From assembly GCA_050575255.1 (NCBI GenBank), contig JBNZDD010013618.1:2669016-2733015 (forward strand): 64,000 bases of DNA. Reading direction: 5' to 3'. Under the pieces are notes generated by a model, which searched no databases, was not told the origin of the DNA, and was given only the letters and a program-made list of their open reading frames with translations. Made by a program: the position numbers and the translations under genes. This DNA is from Harriotta raleighana (lineage: Eukaryota). Within the stretch, counting starts at the first letter, position 1, and every line of letters begins with the position of its first letter. Positions 62,100 to 64,000 of the stretch are shown here, one piece after another.

Positions 62100-62560
62100 T
62101 GAGCTAAAGAATCTGAGGGGGGGCGGGGGGTTGAGGCTCGCTCGCTCCCGGCTCCCCGGGGATGCTGTGTGTATATAGAGGTAGAGTTGGGCGGAGGGAG
62201 GGAGGGAGGACGATCCGTCCCGCGGCTGTGACCCAGTAACTCACCCACACAGCTCCTCTCCTGACTGCGCACTTCCCGCTTTACAGGTTTGAAATGTCGC
62301 GGTGCATCATGGGAGTGACGGTGGTGATGGGAGCGAGGGGCTGGGGTGGGGGGAACGGAACGGACGGCTGCGCATGCGTAACTTTTCAAAAACAATTCTG
62401 GGAGGAGCCTGTTTCTGTGACGCGCTGGTGACGTCCCCTCAGCCTTCCCGGCTGCTCTGAAACAGTCAGTGCGCGTGCGCATTGCCGTGCGCGGCGGGGG
62501 GGCATCAGCATGCGCTGAGATTGCAAAGCGGGGTTGTGTGGGGGATGTAGTCTCTTCCTG
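62100..62560 (-). promoter_or_regulatory. PBK CpG-island promoter and non-coding first exon
   Basis: CpG-rich. Minus-strand splice donor GG|GTGAGT with the exon ending at 62245. E2F-like TTCCCGC 62273-62279, CHR TTTGAA 62288-62293 and TTCAAA 62385-62390, NRF1-like TGCGCATGCG 62369-62378 and TGCGCGTGCGCA 62470-62481, CRE-like TGACGTC 62429-62435. Confidence 0.75.
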
Positions 62561-62794
62561 TCACTTACTCCTCAGGCAAAAGCCCAGCACCTGTCAGACA
62601 GCTCACTCTTTGCTGCATTAAAGGACAACGCACTGAGTGTTGATCCTTTCACGGAAAGCGATGTGTTCCTGTTCACCTGTCGCTGCCGGGCCAGGACAGT
62701 CCGAATGTGATCTGCTGAGTTTCGTGCTCGGTCGGGTGTTTCAGCCACAAAATACTGCATATGCAGTCGTTTCGCTTTACAATAAATGATGCAA

Positions 62795-63210
62795 AGCCAC
62801 CTTTCGAGACGTCTCGGAGCACATGATGAGGCGTTCACTCCCTGACACCTCCCTACCTCGCTGCGATGGCATCGGGTCAGCAAAAGACAGTGAAGAATAG
62901 ACTGTGTGCATCCTAGCAGCCAATTTACCCAAAGCGTTGTCCCGTACACGGGTGGAAAGTAACTGTTTTTTGATTATTGGCCAAGAAATCGGGAAAAACT
63001 CCCTTCTTCGATATCCACCTGAACAGGCACATTTAGTATCTTAATCGAAGAACGGCAGTTCCCAGCAATCCCCACAGCAACCTCCACAGCATTTAAAATG
63101 TCACCCTCTGCAGTTACATTGTCAGCTGAGGTATTATAAATCCCAAAGTCCTAATCTGGGCCTTCAATCCACAAGACTTTGCACAAAGGTGCGACCGATT
63201 GAGCCTTGCT
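62795..63210 (-). mobile_element. Deu-domain SINE remnant upstream of the PBK promoter
   Basis: The reverse complement contains GCCGTTCTTCGATTAAGA, TGCCTGTTCAGGTGGAT, GAAGAAGGGAGTTTTTCCCG..TTGGCCAAT and AAATTGGCTGC. Confidence 0.5.
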
Positions 63211-64000
63211 GATGCCTAAGTAGATTCCAACGCCTTGACGGGAAAGGAGCTAAACGTATAATTTTGTTACTGTTGTAGGTCAATGTTTGAAGATGTCCTT
63301 GGAAATGAAGTGTGTGTTTGTGTTGGGGGAGGGGCTGCTTCACTCCCTCAGTTAGAAGATTCTAACTGCAAAGCTTTGACATCCTAACCAGTCTGTTTCT
63401 TGTCCGCCTTAAACTTGTTTTCCTTTCTCAGGGTAATCATAATTTGGCCTGGATATTATATGATTCAGATATTCTTATTCTTATAATATGCAACGGAAGA
63501 TCAACGCAGGCTGCAAGTGAAATTTGTAGGCAGAGAGGGAGCCAACAAATATAACTTACACAAATAAACAGTCTTCGAGGTCTAACAAGGTTTCTCTTTC
63601 CAAGGGATTTTCTTGTGTTTGTTTCTAATAAAGCTATTTCCACACTATGATTAAGGTTTCCTGCATTTGATGGCTTTGTGTGCACAGTGCCATTCAGTGT
63701 AGGCAGTCTCTGGTGTCTATTAGCAATGTTCCAAAAATTCTCCATTAATAATTTTGCTTCATATTAGTACATCTAATCATCCCAACATCGCAACACATCT
63801 CCTAGATCCACAAAGCAAAATTGATATAACATGAAGTAGAGTTGAAAATTATAGTAAGATTCAACAGCATTGAGAACAAATGAATCTAATAAGATTCTTA
63901 ATTGGGCAAAAATTTTTTAGAAACACAAAGGCTACCCATTAATGGTACTAAGCCTCCAAGAACTGTGACACACCACTGAACAAACATACAAGACATTAAA

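Noticed and set aside
1-64000. CRISPR arrays, operons, rRNA, snoRNA or miRNA genes
   Set aside because: The DNA is eukaryotic and intron-rich. The recurring short motifs are dispersed SINE/LINE tails, not regularly spaced repeats. I could not support any structured RNA gene by eye, and an Rfam scan was not run.

Overview
Vertebrate nuclear genomic DNA from a draft assembly. A cartilaginous fish, probably a chimaera/holocephalan, is inferred from the tRNA-SINE, L2, Deu-SINE and Penelope repeat landscape and is not proven. I reconstructed four spliced genes by hand. (1) The 3' part of a cytosolic carboxypeptidase (CCP/AGBL, M14D deglutamylase family) gene on +, from <190 to about 14.2-18.9 kb. 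(2) CCDC25 on -, 9 coding exons, 208 aa. (3) ESCO2 on +, 11 coding exons, about 759 aa, head-to-head with CCDC25 across a CpG island. (4) PBK/TOPK on -, 7 coding exons, 327 aa. The CCDC25-ESCO2-PBK block matches human 8p21.1, but I know of no AGBL gene there in mammals, so the CCP gene is the best candidate for an unnamed extra paralogue. Other points of interest are Penelope-type repeats with decayed hammerhead-ribozyme cores (one inside the bidirectional promoter), an internal repeat and an extra acidic micro-exon in ESCO2, and SINEs that share a core but have swapped 3' tails. Several duplications that abut single Ns, including three ESCO2 exons and the first PBK coding exon, look like assembly artefacts. 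There are two N gaps (59235-59923, 61098-61633). No database search was run; family assignments rest on recalled motifs.
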